This document shows positions 1 through 10,617 of a stretch of DNA of 53,646 nt, in pieces. The stretch covers positions 1 to 53,646 of the forward strand of contig ADNK01000748.1 of NCBI GenBank assembly GCA_000320545.1, written 5' to 3'. The position numbers and the translations under genes were made by a program. Positions within the stretch are counted from its first letter, which is position 1; each line of letters opens with the position of its first letter. The stretch is from Bigelowiella natans CCMP2755. Its lineage: Eukaryota; Protista; Cercozoa. The notes under the pieces were generated by a model. The model ran no database searches. It was not told where the DNA came from and saw only the letters and a program-made list of their open reading frames with translations.

Positions 1-76
1 CCCCCCCCCCGCGTCCCCCCCCTTTACTTTCTGCTGCTGGTGTATCTACTACCACAGCTGCTGATTCGTCTACTAT

Positions 77-109
<33 letters not shown>

Positions 110-164
110 CACTACTACTACTACCACTACTACTCGTAGACTACAAAAAGTTTGGTTGGTACCC

Positions 165-1530
165 ACCCCATATGAAACATGAGATCAGCTTCATCCATCA
201 CGATAAACTGAGCCCTAGCCGAAGAAGAACAAGAGAACAAGAAGAAGAACAAGAAGAAGAAGAAGAAAACAATGGGAGATACAAAACATTTGACACATCT
301 ATCTATACACCTCGCGAACATTTCCTCCCCTCCCACCAGCACCAGCCAAATGACTAGCTTATTCATATGTACGGACTATGTTTATGTTAGGAGCTCAAAG
401 TCAATCATCGAACACTGGTGGAAAATAATATCAGAGGATGATGACGGTGCAGGGATATGTCAGGAGAGCTGCAGCTTCCTAGACGATTTTCCCAATGATG
501 TCATAAATGCGGTTCTAACCGTGCCAGAGACAGCTTTCTTTCCCTCACGACCTGAAGCAAATACGGCAAACAACTGTGTCTCTGGTGTATTTCAATTTTT
601 CATTTTTTACGAATTTGAGGATGCCTTCACAGAGAAAAGAAGATAGGGAAAAGGCGACGGCAAGTCTATGAGAATAGGGATTGAAACCGAGCAGGGTTCG
701 TGTGAGTATTACCTCGCGAAGACGGCCAGGAGACGTCACTAAGATGTGCGTGCCATTTCGAAACATTTTGATCTAGTGATGGATGTATTCCTTGATTTAA
801 CTCATCCGATGATCCACGGAGAAAGCATATTGAAACTCTCTCTCCCCCCCCCCCTCTCTCTCATTCTCTCTGATATTATATACATATACAAATATATATA
901 GGCGTTTCTCGATGAGCACTCTCTCTGGTTGTGATGGATCTTCTCGCTACCGACCTGCCTGTGCTTGTTTATGCCCCCGAAAAGAATGGAACAGCGGATA
1001 TCTGCTGCATTGAACCCACTGTCCCCACTAATGCTGCTATCATCCTCACGCCGACAGGCTTCAGTCGTAACCTGACGATAAGGGGGGGAGGGGAGGGGGG
1101 GGGGAGTGTGCGGGGCATGCGTACATTGGTAAGTTCGCGCGCACAGTAAGGGGGTGCTTGCAATAGCCAATAGGAGGATAGAGAATAGAAAACTCAATGA
1201 CGTCGTTTTTGCACTTACTCGAAAGGTTTGGCTCGCAAGTTCCCTTGTAGGTGCCAGTATTACGGCGAGAGGTCCTGCGTATGTACATGTTACATCATCT
1301 TCCCACAGGCACCAACATTCACAGCATCATCACCACCACCACCACCGCCACCATCATCATCATCATCATCGTCGTCGTCATCGCCATCTTCTTTCTCCAC
1401 CTCGTTGCATTCATGACCGTGTACAACAATGATGGTCGCTTATGATGATGAAGTGGTGATGATGACAGTTTGGCTCTTTCCACATGTGTGCTATAAAACT
1501 CATACGAACAGACAGACGCGCGCGTGCACA

Positions 1531-1613
<83 letters not shown>

Positions 1614-1669
1614 CTTACCACGACTCAGCAGGGTTTTCCCAAGCATATGAGCCCCTGAGAAGAAAGACA

Positions 1670-1703
<34 letters not shown>

Positions 1704-4700
1704 ACTCTCACTGCAGCAAGCAACACTAGTTGCACGATCAGGGAATCTTCGCAGCATAGACTGCGGAGCGAAACCGATGATAACACATTTTGGTAGCTGT
1801 TTCAGTTTTGTTGGATTGAAGGATATCTGACCTTGCATATTGAGCAACATCGGCATGGCAAATGCTAACGTCTTTCCGCTTCCTACGTGCATCATATTGT
1901 TCAATCATTTCTCTCAGAAGAAAAATGCTGCTAGCAAGGGGGAGAGGGGAGGTTGAGCGGTCGCAACAATCACATCTTCGGCTAATCACAATCATCACCA
2001 TAATGATCACCTGTTTCCGCCACCGCAACGAGGTCCCTTCCTGAGAGCACCACAGGCCAAGTCTGCACGCATCAATCAATCACCACGCTGAATGATATGA
2101 TGATGAAAAAAACGCGAATATGTGGAATAATCATGAGAGTAGATTAAATCCATCATACTAATATTTCCCTAAGGCCAAGGTCATCAATTAAAAGGTAACA
2201 CGAATCTTTTCGTCAGGGTCACCACAGGCTCATAGGTGTGCGTGTCTAATCAGCTATTTATTTTAGAATTTTCCATAATAGTTTCGATTCAAAATAGGAG
2301 CGCAGCTGCTCTTTCGAGCCTTTTGACTCAAAATGGGTCTTTGCTGCCAAAAAATGCATGCACCGGGGTTGCTTCTTCTCGGAGAACTACTTCATCAGTC
2401 TTCTTTTCAGCCTTTCATTCGTTTATGTTGTTGTTGGCAATACCTGTGCTTGGATGGGCAGGGGCGCTTTAAAGCCTTTGACCATGCTTTTCAGCCTCTG
2501 GAAGTAGTAGAAGGTGGCGGACAGAGAACATTTTGGTGTATATGTGCAACACGCAATTCATAAGAATTGAAATAGCGCGTAATTTATAAGGATTGAACAG
2601 TCCTGCAGCATATTTTATTCATATTTCGCGAGACAGTTCTCCGTCATCACGCCGAATGATAGCATAAACACGCAAAGCATCGTAAACGGCCCTCTGACAA
2701 ATTTACTCTCGATTCATCGGTCATCAGCATCGTTATGTCTGATTTTCGAATCCCGTCTCTTTCCTCCTTTTCAACTTCTCCCATCCTCTTGTTTCTCTTC
2801 TCCACCTTCCTCCTCCTCCTCCTCCTTCTCCTCCTCCTCCTCTCTCCCTCTCCCTCTTCTTCTCAGGACCTTTGGTAAACGGAGCTGCTTGAACGTCGTG
2901 AACGGCTTGAACTCCGGCCTCCACGCCTCAGAGATACTGCAAATTAACGCATTGTGATGGTGGTGATAATGATTGATAACGACGACGATGACAACGATGA
3001 TGATGATGATGATGAGAGCGAGGACAAGAATGATGAAGATCGTACTTCACTGCATGCTTTTCGCGCCAGGAGTCGACCTGCACAGAGTACCGATCAGTTA
3101 CTGCTTTATAACCAACCCCCCTCCCTCCTCCCTTCTCCATATCGTGTGCTGTAGTATTTTTGTGTGATGTAGACAGGTGGTGGGGAACCTCCTCTTTGGA
3201 GAGAGTGCTCAAGCTCTGGTTTTTGAGTTGGGGGAGAGACAGCGATTTGAGTGCGAATTGGCAGCCGAGAGCAGACAATATCATTAAAAAAAAACAGTGG
3301 TTGAAAGAGTCAGGAGCATCCATGCAACACACACACACACACACACACACACACCAAACAGGAGGGAGATGCATAACCTGTACAGTATATTTCCTTTTGA
3401 TGTGAAAGGGGGGGACATTTCTCCGTACTTTGCCCTCAATTCCCAACTTTCTGTGCACGATTTTGGTTTGCAGCAGCAGGCACTAATAAGTTCATTTGCA
3501 AAGAAGAAACAACTAACACTACACTGCTGTCATCATTCGACATTACAATGCTTATCATCACGGCGGATAATACCACAACGGAAAAGTCTTGATTAAAAGA
3601 AATGCATTTGATGCAGCAGTGTATTTACACAATCAAAACTTTACTATTCGCCGAAAGCAGCAGGAGGAGCAGCAGCACACCTATTGACTTCATTCTTTGC
3701 CATGAGGACAGTATAGTTTCCAGTTTCTTCCTGACGAAACAAATAACGTTTAAACTACTGAGACTTTGATTTAGTATAACCACCATTTATTCACTCGCTT
3801 CTATCACGAATGTAGGAAACAGTAACACGTCTTAGAAGACGAAATGCAAATTCTTCAACGCAACGCAACACCGATGATTTTCGAGCCATGGCATTGGCTC
3901 TTCTAGGCTAGAAATCGTCGTTGTTTATACCAGATTTTGTGATTTTGATGGCCTAGATGTTGCATTTCTAAATGTGTAATTATGTAAGGTGCGAAGGCAA
4001 TACGTTTAAGATGCAGTGCTCGAGGTCATACCATTTTCCGGTGGGAACCTAACGTAAGGAGAGGAAGGAGCGTTTCTTCAAAATGAGCACGCATATTATT
4101 CACACCCATCTTGCGGAATGCTACCCCATTTTTAGTTGAGACGATTTGGCAATTTCGTATTTTGAGAAGCCCCCCTACATTTCCTTGAGCTAAAGTGTGT
4201 TTTCTCCTCGTCTCCGCGGGCCTTTTCTGTGTTCCTCCTGATCGAGTAGAAGCTTCTTCTCCTTCCTTATCCTTCTCAAGAAGCTTCGAAAGAGTCTTTT
4301 AAAAATTAGACCAATGATTTAGCTCATCTTAGGCGCGGGGTGACGAAGAGAACCGCTGACAGCTGCTGCTCCTTTTTTGTTTTATGATAATAAGTATAAT
4401 CATTATCATCACCATCATCACCATCATCATTATTAATTATCATTATTGGTCCTTGAGGTGGATGTGTCCTCAGCTGAATGAGAAGATTACATGGAGCTGT
4501 GGGTAATATTCCCGATGGATAATAGCCTCAAGCTTCCTGTGTAAATTTACAGCATCGAATCAGGATCCCTTTGCTGTGCCTTACGAGAGAGCACGCATGC
4601 AGTTTATATGAAAAGTTGTTCTCACTGCTGCTCGAGTCTCTTCTCATCTGTCGCCATGTGTCTCTGAGAAATGATGGCCTGGTCTCTCAGCTCATGGTTG

Positions 4701-5012
4701 CTCTCCTGCAAAGCAACATCACGAGTTTCAAATTAGTGCGATTATTGATACTACTGTGCTATTGTTCTTGATTTATTCTATAGATACTCCCCGACCCCCT
4801 CCCCCCAAGCTGGAAATTTAAGCTCTGCTGTCTACCATAGCCATCCTGAGCCGTCGCCGGGGACTCCTCTCATCGTGGGCGAGGTGAGATGTAAGCACAA
4901 ACGCCATGAAGAGGCCTACAAGCATGTAATCGAGTCGACTCTGCTTGTTCGTGCCGTAACCACTACCCCTCCATCCAACATCGCATAGGACCATATCAAC
5001 GCTGCCCCCCAT
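165..5012 (-). CDS. Multi-exon DEAD-box RNA helicase, DDX5/DBP2-like; 3' part runs off the window start and the 5' exons above ~3220 are tentative
   Basis: Spliced minus-strand exons give PFTTFKQLRLPK (~2870-2935), Q motif KGFKAPLPIQAQ|TWPVVLSGRDLVAVAETG|SGKTLAFAMP (2444-2480, 2011-2063, ~1850-1885), Ia GPLAVILAPTRELASQ (~1220-1275), Ib ILVTSPGRL (~720-750) and II FIVMDEADLMFHMG (~168-215). A candidate first exon at 4818-5012 carries the hydrophobic stretch YMLVGLFMAFVLTS. Confidence 0.85.
1533..1609. repeat. Compound (CA)n(GA)n microsatellite, representative of dozens of intronic SSRs in 1-3400, 31500-39800 and 45600-53500
   Basis: Directly visible; similar (CA), (GA), (TA), (CAT), (TAG), (GAA) and (GGA) runs fill the introns. 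Confidence 0.95.
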
Positions 5013-5312
5013 GCCCCCCCCTTCCTGGGCGGTACGGCGGCGGTGCTCCAAGAAACTCCGTTAGCTTGCGTTGTTTTCGGTTGCTCATTGGACCAAAATA
5101 TATGCGAAATATATCGTAAAAAGGTCGGCCTACTTGTTCGAATCTTGAACAGCCGACATTTATCCCGAATTTAACGAAATGCTCACTTTTATGTTGTCGC
5201 ACGTGTAAAATATCGGTACTAATAATTGCCTCTCGATAGAAGTCGGGAGGAGCTCAATCCTCCCTTCCCACCCTCCTCCCACCCAATCACGCATTAGTCG
5301 ACCGAACTTGGC

Positions 5313-7046
5313 ATGGCGCATGTGAGCATCCTCACTGTGGCCGTGTCATGTGGCGTCTTTTTCATCGTTGGGGTTGTCGGAGGTAAATACTAGTGGTAAA
5401 ATAGAAAGTGCATGGATGTAATAAGCCTTGTTCTGCAATCTCATCAGGGTTGGGACCTTATGCGATCGGTGCGACCAATCGACTGTCGCGCTCGAATATT
5501 CGTCTCTTTTCGACCCTGAACTGCTTTAGCGGAGGTGAGTGCTTCCTGAAGTCTCATCTCTTTCAGTCTCGAACAATAGTCTAAAATCAACAATACGCTG
5601 CTCAGGAGTTCTCTTAGCTGCTGGCTTTATGCATATGCTGCCAGATCAGCTCGAAGTAAGATTGCCTGTGTGTACCTGATTAGTCTGAGTGGCGAAAGGG
5701 GTGGAAGAATTGCCTTCTTGTGAAAAATATTTGCACTGCCAGCTCGCGTAACACATGCCTTCGATCAGGATGCCTCTAAATTGGGAGTCAGCAACGTCAC
5801 TGCTATGATGTTGGCTATGGTTGGAATTCTCATTCCATTTCTTCTCGGTACTGTGCAAACCCCTCACATTACGTGTTCATCGCTTTCACGAGGTGCTCGT
5901 ATTTCATTCAGAGAAAAGCGCCCTGCTTCATTGCGTCACCGGAGGCAGAGATCTCCATGATATCTTCGAAATTAGCAGGTAATATACAGATACCCAAGGA
6001 AGAAAGTTTAATTCTTCAGTGTGTTGCGTCTTCTCCAACTATCACTAGCAATAAGGAATCCAAGGCTGCTCACAGGGAGGAGAGGAAACACTCTCATGAC
6101 AATTCATCAAAAGGCAGCTATGGGTGCGTCATCATCTATCTCCCCATTATCAAGATTGTTGGCAATTTTCACCCTGATTTGTATGTTTTGTGCTCGTTCA
6201 TGCGTGTGTGGTTTCCCTTGCATATTCACTGCTAAATCAGATCTACCGATGACTTCCCCGGCGGCCAGCTGGGAATAGTCATTAAGTCGTTTGACGACGA
6301 ACGCGCTGCTTCTTCGCAGAATGATTCCACCGGTACTGTACCCATGGATGAAAAGAAGCTAGCAGCATGTAGCTGTTATTTTCATGCAAACAACTTTGTT
6401 GCAGCACTAGGAAAAGCGGTGTTAGCCCCCTCTTAACACATATACGCGTCGTCATCACTTTCACCGTTAGGCACAGGCGAAGGAGATCTCAACGGTGCCA
6501 TTGACAAGACAGAGGTAGGACCACCAAAAAGCTATCTAACAGGTTTTCCATCACACACACATAGCTCATAGCTTCTCACGTGCTCTTCTTTCAGCCTACG
6601 TATATTCGTGTCCGGAGTAGTACACACCAGATGGTAAGTGTGGGCCTTTTCGCGTATCGTTTGCTCGGCGTGGTGACGCTTGTGAATGGTTAAGACTTTG
6701 GAGACTTGTGATGATGTAAAGCAATTTATCCCTTAGCATGGCGAGAAGTATCGTATTCCAACGCAGCCTGGGTGCTGTAGGCGGGGGGAAGGCGTGCATT
6801 TCGCGCTGAAAGCGAGGTGTATTAACTGCAAAACGGTTATTAACGCAGGTAGTAAATCCTACACGCTGCTACGGGACCAAAGCATTGTCATCGATGTCGT
6901 TGTTGCCATTCTATCTCCTATCTTCTAGGGAGAAGATGTATTGATTATTACAACGTTTTTCGCCTTCTCTTCCATCCCTTCTCACCATCAGAAAATGAGC
7001 CGGAGCACGCAAGCAAAGATTGCCCAACCATCATGTTTCCTTCACA

Positions 7047-7077
<31 letters not shown>

Positions 7078-9147
7078 TTTGATCGGATAACCTTCTCTCG
7101 TGCAGCAACATAGTCCATACGAAAAAAACATGACATTGAGTCGATGCAGAGAAAGATTCACCTCGACGAGAGCGACGATGAGATGAATTAACACCCTGCA
7201 GCACGTTTTCGTAAAGTAGTTGTGCGAGCGTGTTTGTGTCTTGGAGGGGGCGGGAAAGGCGATAGATTGTGCTTCTAGGAAGGAAAGCGAAGCTTTATTG
7301 TATGGTTGCTTGTCATCTGTTTGTGGTTTTGCATCGTCACTTTAGTCGCTGATTGGAATCGCTTTGCAGCCTGTGAGAGGGAGAAAACAGGTCACACAAC
7401 AGCAAGAATTAAATATATATATATATATATATATATAAATATCTTCTTCCTTAGATATATCCACCACAACGAATTATTCAATCCTTCATTCATTTCATCA
7501 GGACATCGTAGAAGACCTCTTCATTCGACACCCAAAGGTGAGGCTTCTCTCACCAGTAGCTATTATTCTTCTTGCTGTACCAACAGCCAGTTTTTCGCAA
7601 TACAACGCGCACGTAAACTTGATAATTAGGGGAGGAGGAGGGTCCGATAATCTTGTCCGTATCGTTTGATATTTCCTCCTCTTCTTGCAAAATCTTCGCC
7701 CCCTCCTCCTTCTTGTAACTGATAGGGTGATAACACGACAATATCACATCTTCTCGTGATAATACTCTCCGTACACTCCTTATGCGCAGGGGTTAGAAAC
7801 ACCCAATTGCTACCCACTCACAACACAGGAAATGAAAACATTGAGCAGAGAGAAGAATCTCGCATGATGAACATCAAAGCCACATGCAATCACATCAAAA
7901 TAAAATATGTTATTATGACGTGAATTTACATAATCACGTATCCGTTGAAGATTGTGTCCTTGTTGTCGTCGACCGGTCCCCCCCTTGTTCATCGTCATCT
8001 TCTTCTTCATCTTCTTTTGCTGTTTCTCCAGATTTCTTATGGTGCGAACAAAAAGTTGGGGACAGCCATTGGATTATTTATCGCCATTGTCTGCCATAAG
8101 GTATGAACAACTTCTTTCCATTTACCAACTTAATAACAATCAAACTGGCCTTGTTTTACGCTCGTAGAATAGTTAGGGAGGGGGAAAACGCCTTTGATTT
8201 TTTTTGGTTTCGCGACACGCTTTTCCAGGCTGTTGCGGGGCCGATTGATCACTGTGTTCAACAAATATTCGTCGATCTGAGTCAGCATTGTTGTGCCAGA
8301 AAACTCGAAACACTGAAATTTCGCGAGATATATCCCCGTCTTATTGGATGAAATTATCGGATGTCTCTCGTTGGGAACAATGAGCAAACTATCTGAATCG
8401 CTTTATGGTGAACTTATTTGATATGTTTGGAATCTGCAGGCCTTCGCTGCTTTTGCACTCGGGCTCTCGTTTCGCCAGAATGCAATCCGTTTGCGCACGG
8501 CTATTCCCTCCATCCTCATATTCAGCGTCATGACTCCTTTTGGATGCTTCATCGGGCTGGGAACAGGTATTAATCATGAAAATCCTCCAACAAGTGTATG
8601 TGTAAAGTACAGGAAGATACATGCATTCATTCTGAGGAGGTATTGCCTTGCCTTCCTGATGAGACAATGCAAGCTACCTTGGACTCGGCGCTGCTAAATA
8701 CATTAGTCGCTTGTGCCTGATTCGTGTAGTAGCGAAAATAATATAAATTGGTCGTAAGAAGGGCCGTATACGACTAACTGGATTGAACAACAACAATTTA
8801 CACAGCAACCGTCTCCACCCCCGTGGGAGCGAGGCTATTTTCGATGACGTTCAAAGGGTAATTATCAACCAAGCGAATTCATCAAACGGAATGGTGATTG
8901 AATAGCACTTTTACTCAGAATTGCGGGTGGAACCTTCATATACATCGCCCTGGTTGAGATCCTCTTGGAGGAGTTTGAGGGCAAGGACGACAAGGTGATT
9001 GCATGATGTTTCTGTGTTGATGAAGGAAGGCGGGCCCTTTTAGTTGGTACAAATGATAATTTTCGACATTTGTTCTTTTAGGCAATGAAGTTGCTTGGAT
9101 TCGTTCTTGGGAGCTTAGGCATGGGAGCGTTGGGGTACATCATCTAA
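5313..9147 (+). CDS. Multi-exon ZIP (SLC39/ZupT family) zinc/iron transporter
   Basis: ATG at 5313: MAHVSILTVAVSCGVFFIVGVVG|GLGP...LNCFSG|GVLLAAGFMHMLPD. His-containing loop (HREERKHSHD), TM4 LSVHSLCAG (~7763), TM5 LFIAIVCHK (~8075), IFSVMTPFGCFIGLG (~8520), IAGGTFIYIALVEILLEE (~8920) and a last exon AMKLLGFVLGSLGMGALGYII with TAA at 9145-9147. GT-AG boundaries seen. Confidence 0.9.
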
Positions 9148-9189
9148 ACTGGTTGCCCTGCACATTGATCCCACCGTCAAAACCGCCCA

Positions 9190-10252
9190 CTCATGTCTCA
9201 TCCATTCAATCCAATGATGTGCACTCGAGCATGAGCCCGCATGTGCTTTCTCAAGCACTTTGTTGATCTCACATGTCAATGGAAAATGGCAGTAGTCAGC
9301 AGCAGTGCGACACGAGCACACGCGAAACGCTAACTACTAGCGAGCACGTGAATGGTGGAAGCGCACAATGAATCATCTCATGTGCGGACCACCAATTGAA
9401 ACTGTCTCCGGTGACAGGGATCATGCATGCGCATGTGCGTGTCCAAGTGTGTCCATTGTCCCCCTTTGCACGCGTTGATGCGAATAACGTGCGTTGAGAA
9501 TGAATCAAGCTAGCAAGGCGAGACCGTGTTAGTGTGCATGAGCTTCCCCTAATGAAGCTCAGATCAGACTGAATGGAATTTTCAGTGCACGCATTTCCTT
9601 TGGACTTTGTGCGGACAGTGGTTGTCGTTCACGCGATTTGATTGTGAGTTTGTTGACCGAAACACCATGGCCGGGAGGAAATGAGGAAAGTTTTTTTTCA
9701 GGATCGTGCGCCACAAGGAGTGAAAACTGCAAAGGATGAATTTGTTCGAGTCACAAGTCCAGCAGGTCATTCAATCAGAGCAAGACAAGTGCTGGTGACA
9801 CGCTTCATCCGGGAAGAACCTTTCCAGCTTTTGGTGTGGACTTGACGCAAACGTCCTTCATTTGGCAACTTGGCAACCCAGTCACAGGTGGCTGGGGCGA
9901 CACGTGTGTCCAGTGAACAGGAATGGGGTTCAGGGACAGGGGCGGGAAAAGCCACCCCAGCACCCTCCAGCCCTCGTGACCGAAAACTGTGACACGTGCA
10001 CCCCCACCCAACATCACCACATCGGCGCGCCAGCAGAGTGCAAATCGAGAGAATCACTCGAGCAGGACAATGACAGCAGAAGCAAGCAGAACATGAACTG
10101 ACTGCAATTCGCCCTCTTCGGTTCTCGCTGAAAAATTGCGCAAAGCGAATTCATGACATGCCAATGAACAATGAACAATGAACAATGAACAAAGCGTTGA
10201 TCAAAAACTACATGCGCCAGAACCACATGGGAGACAGGCATTTGCACGTAGC
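9190..10252. other. Degenerate non-coding/repeat-derived DNA with extreme TpA depletion (left flank of the LTR element)
   Basis: No TA dinucleotide from 9552 to 10208 by manual scan, while CG remains common; TG/CA-rich. Confidence 0.8.
10162..10192 (+). repeat. Short tandem repeat (CAATGAA)x4
   Basis: caatgaacaatgaacaatgaacaatgaacaa. Confidence 0.9.
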
Positions 10253-10578
10253 TGTAGCGCGTACCACTACGCGGGCACAAGTCACGTGCGACAACAAAGG
10301 GGTTGTCGCGGATATAGAATATAGATAACGTAGATATTAATACAGCATAGGCACGTGGGTTCCGGCGGGACTCATGGCAGCACACCGGAAGTGTGCTGCC
10401 CCACGTGCGGCGGCATTCGCGAAAGCTTCGCGAATGATTACGCAGTGCACGATTTAATAAAAATATAATCTTTAATAAAAATAAACACAACTCTTCAAAA
10501 GGAAGCAAACGTGCCTTTCCCCCCCCCTGCCTACTTGTGCACGTAGCGCCTCGGCCTGTGAACACCTTACGCGCAACA
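10253..10578 (+). repeat. 5' LTR
   Basis: Starts TGTAGCGCGTA and ends TACGCGCAACA (10/11 terminal inverted match); duplicated at 15643-15968. Contains three CACGTG motifs and a duplicated TTTAATAAAAATA (AATAAA) motif. Confidence 0.97.
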
Positions 10579-10583
10579 ACCTT

Positions 10584-10602
10584 TGGCTTCCACACACGGG
10601 AA
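10584..10602 (+). promoter_or_regulatory. Primer-binding site (tRNA 3'-end complement; identity uncertain, Glu/Asp-like)
   Basis: TGGCTTCCACACACGGGAA, 5 nt after the 5' LTR. Its reverse complement TTCCCGTGTGTGGAAGCCA ends in CCA with a T-arm-like TTCCC. Confidence 0.75.
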
Positions 10603-10617
10603 ACGATTTGACTAACA

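Noticed and set aside
40-1729. ORFs with poly-L, poly-H, THTH, RERE or YIYI tracts here and throughout the window
   Set aside because: Translations of intronic microsatellites.
9925-9945. GGGGTTCAGGGACAGGGG as a degenerate telomeric repeat
   Set aside because: Too short and irregular to support.
10162-10192. Short direct repeats as a CRISPR-like array
   Set aside because: Contiguous 7-mers without spacers, in a eukaryotic context.
9552-10208. CpG methylation decay or fungal-type RIP as the cause of TG/CA excess
   Set aside because: CG is still plentiful here and TA is the missing dinucleotide; RIP would increase TA. Some CG>TG change does co-occur at 28.5 kb.
9582-10595. ORFs in the left TA desert and antisense across the LTRs (also 15596-16030)
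   Set aside because: No recognisable motifs; explained by stop-codon depletion and LTR duplication.
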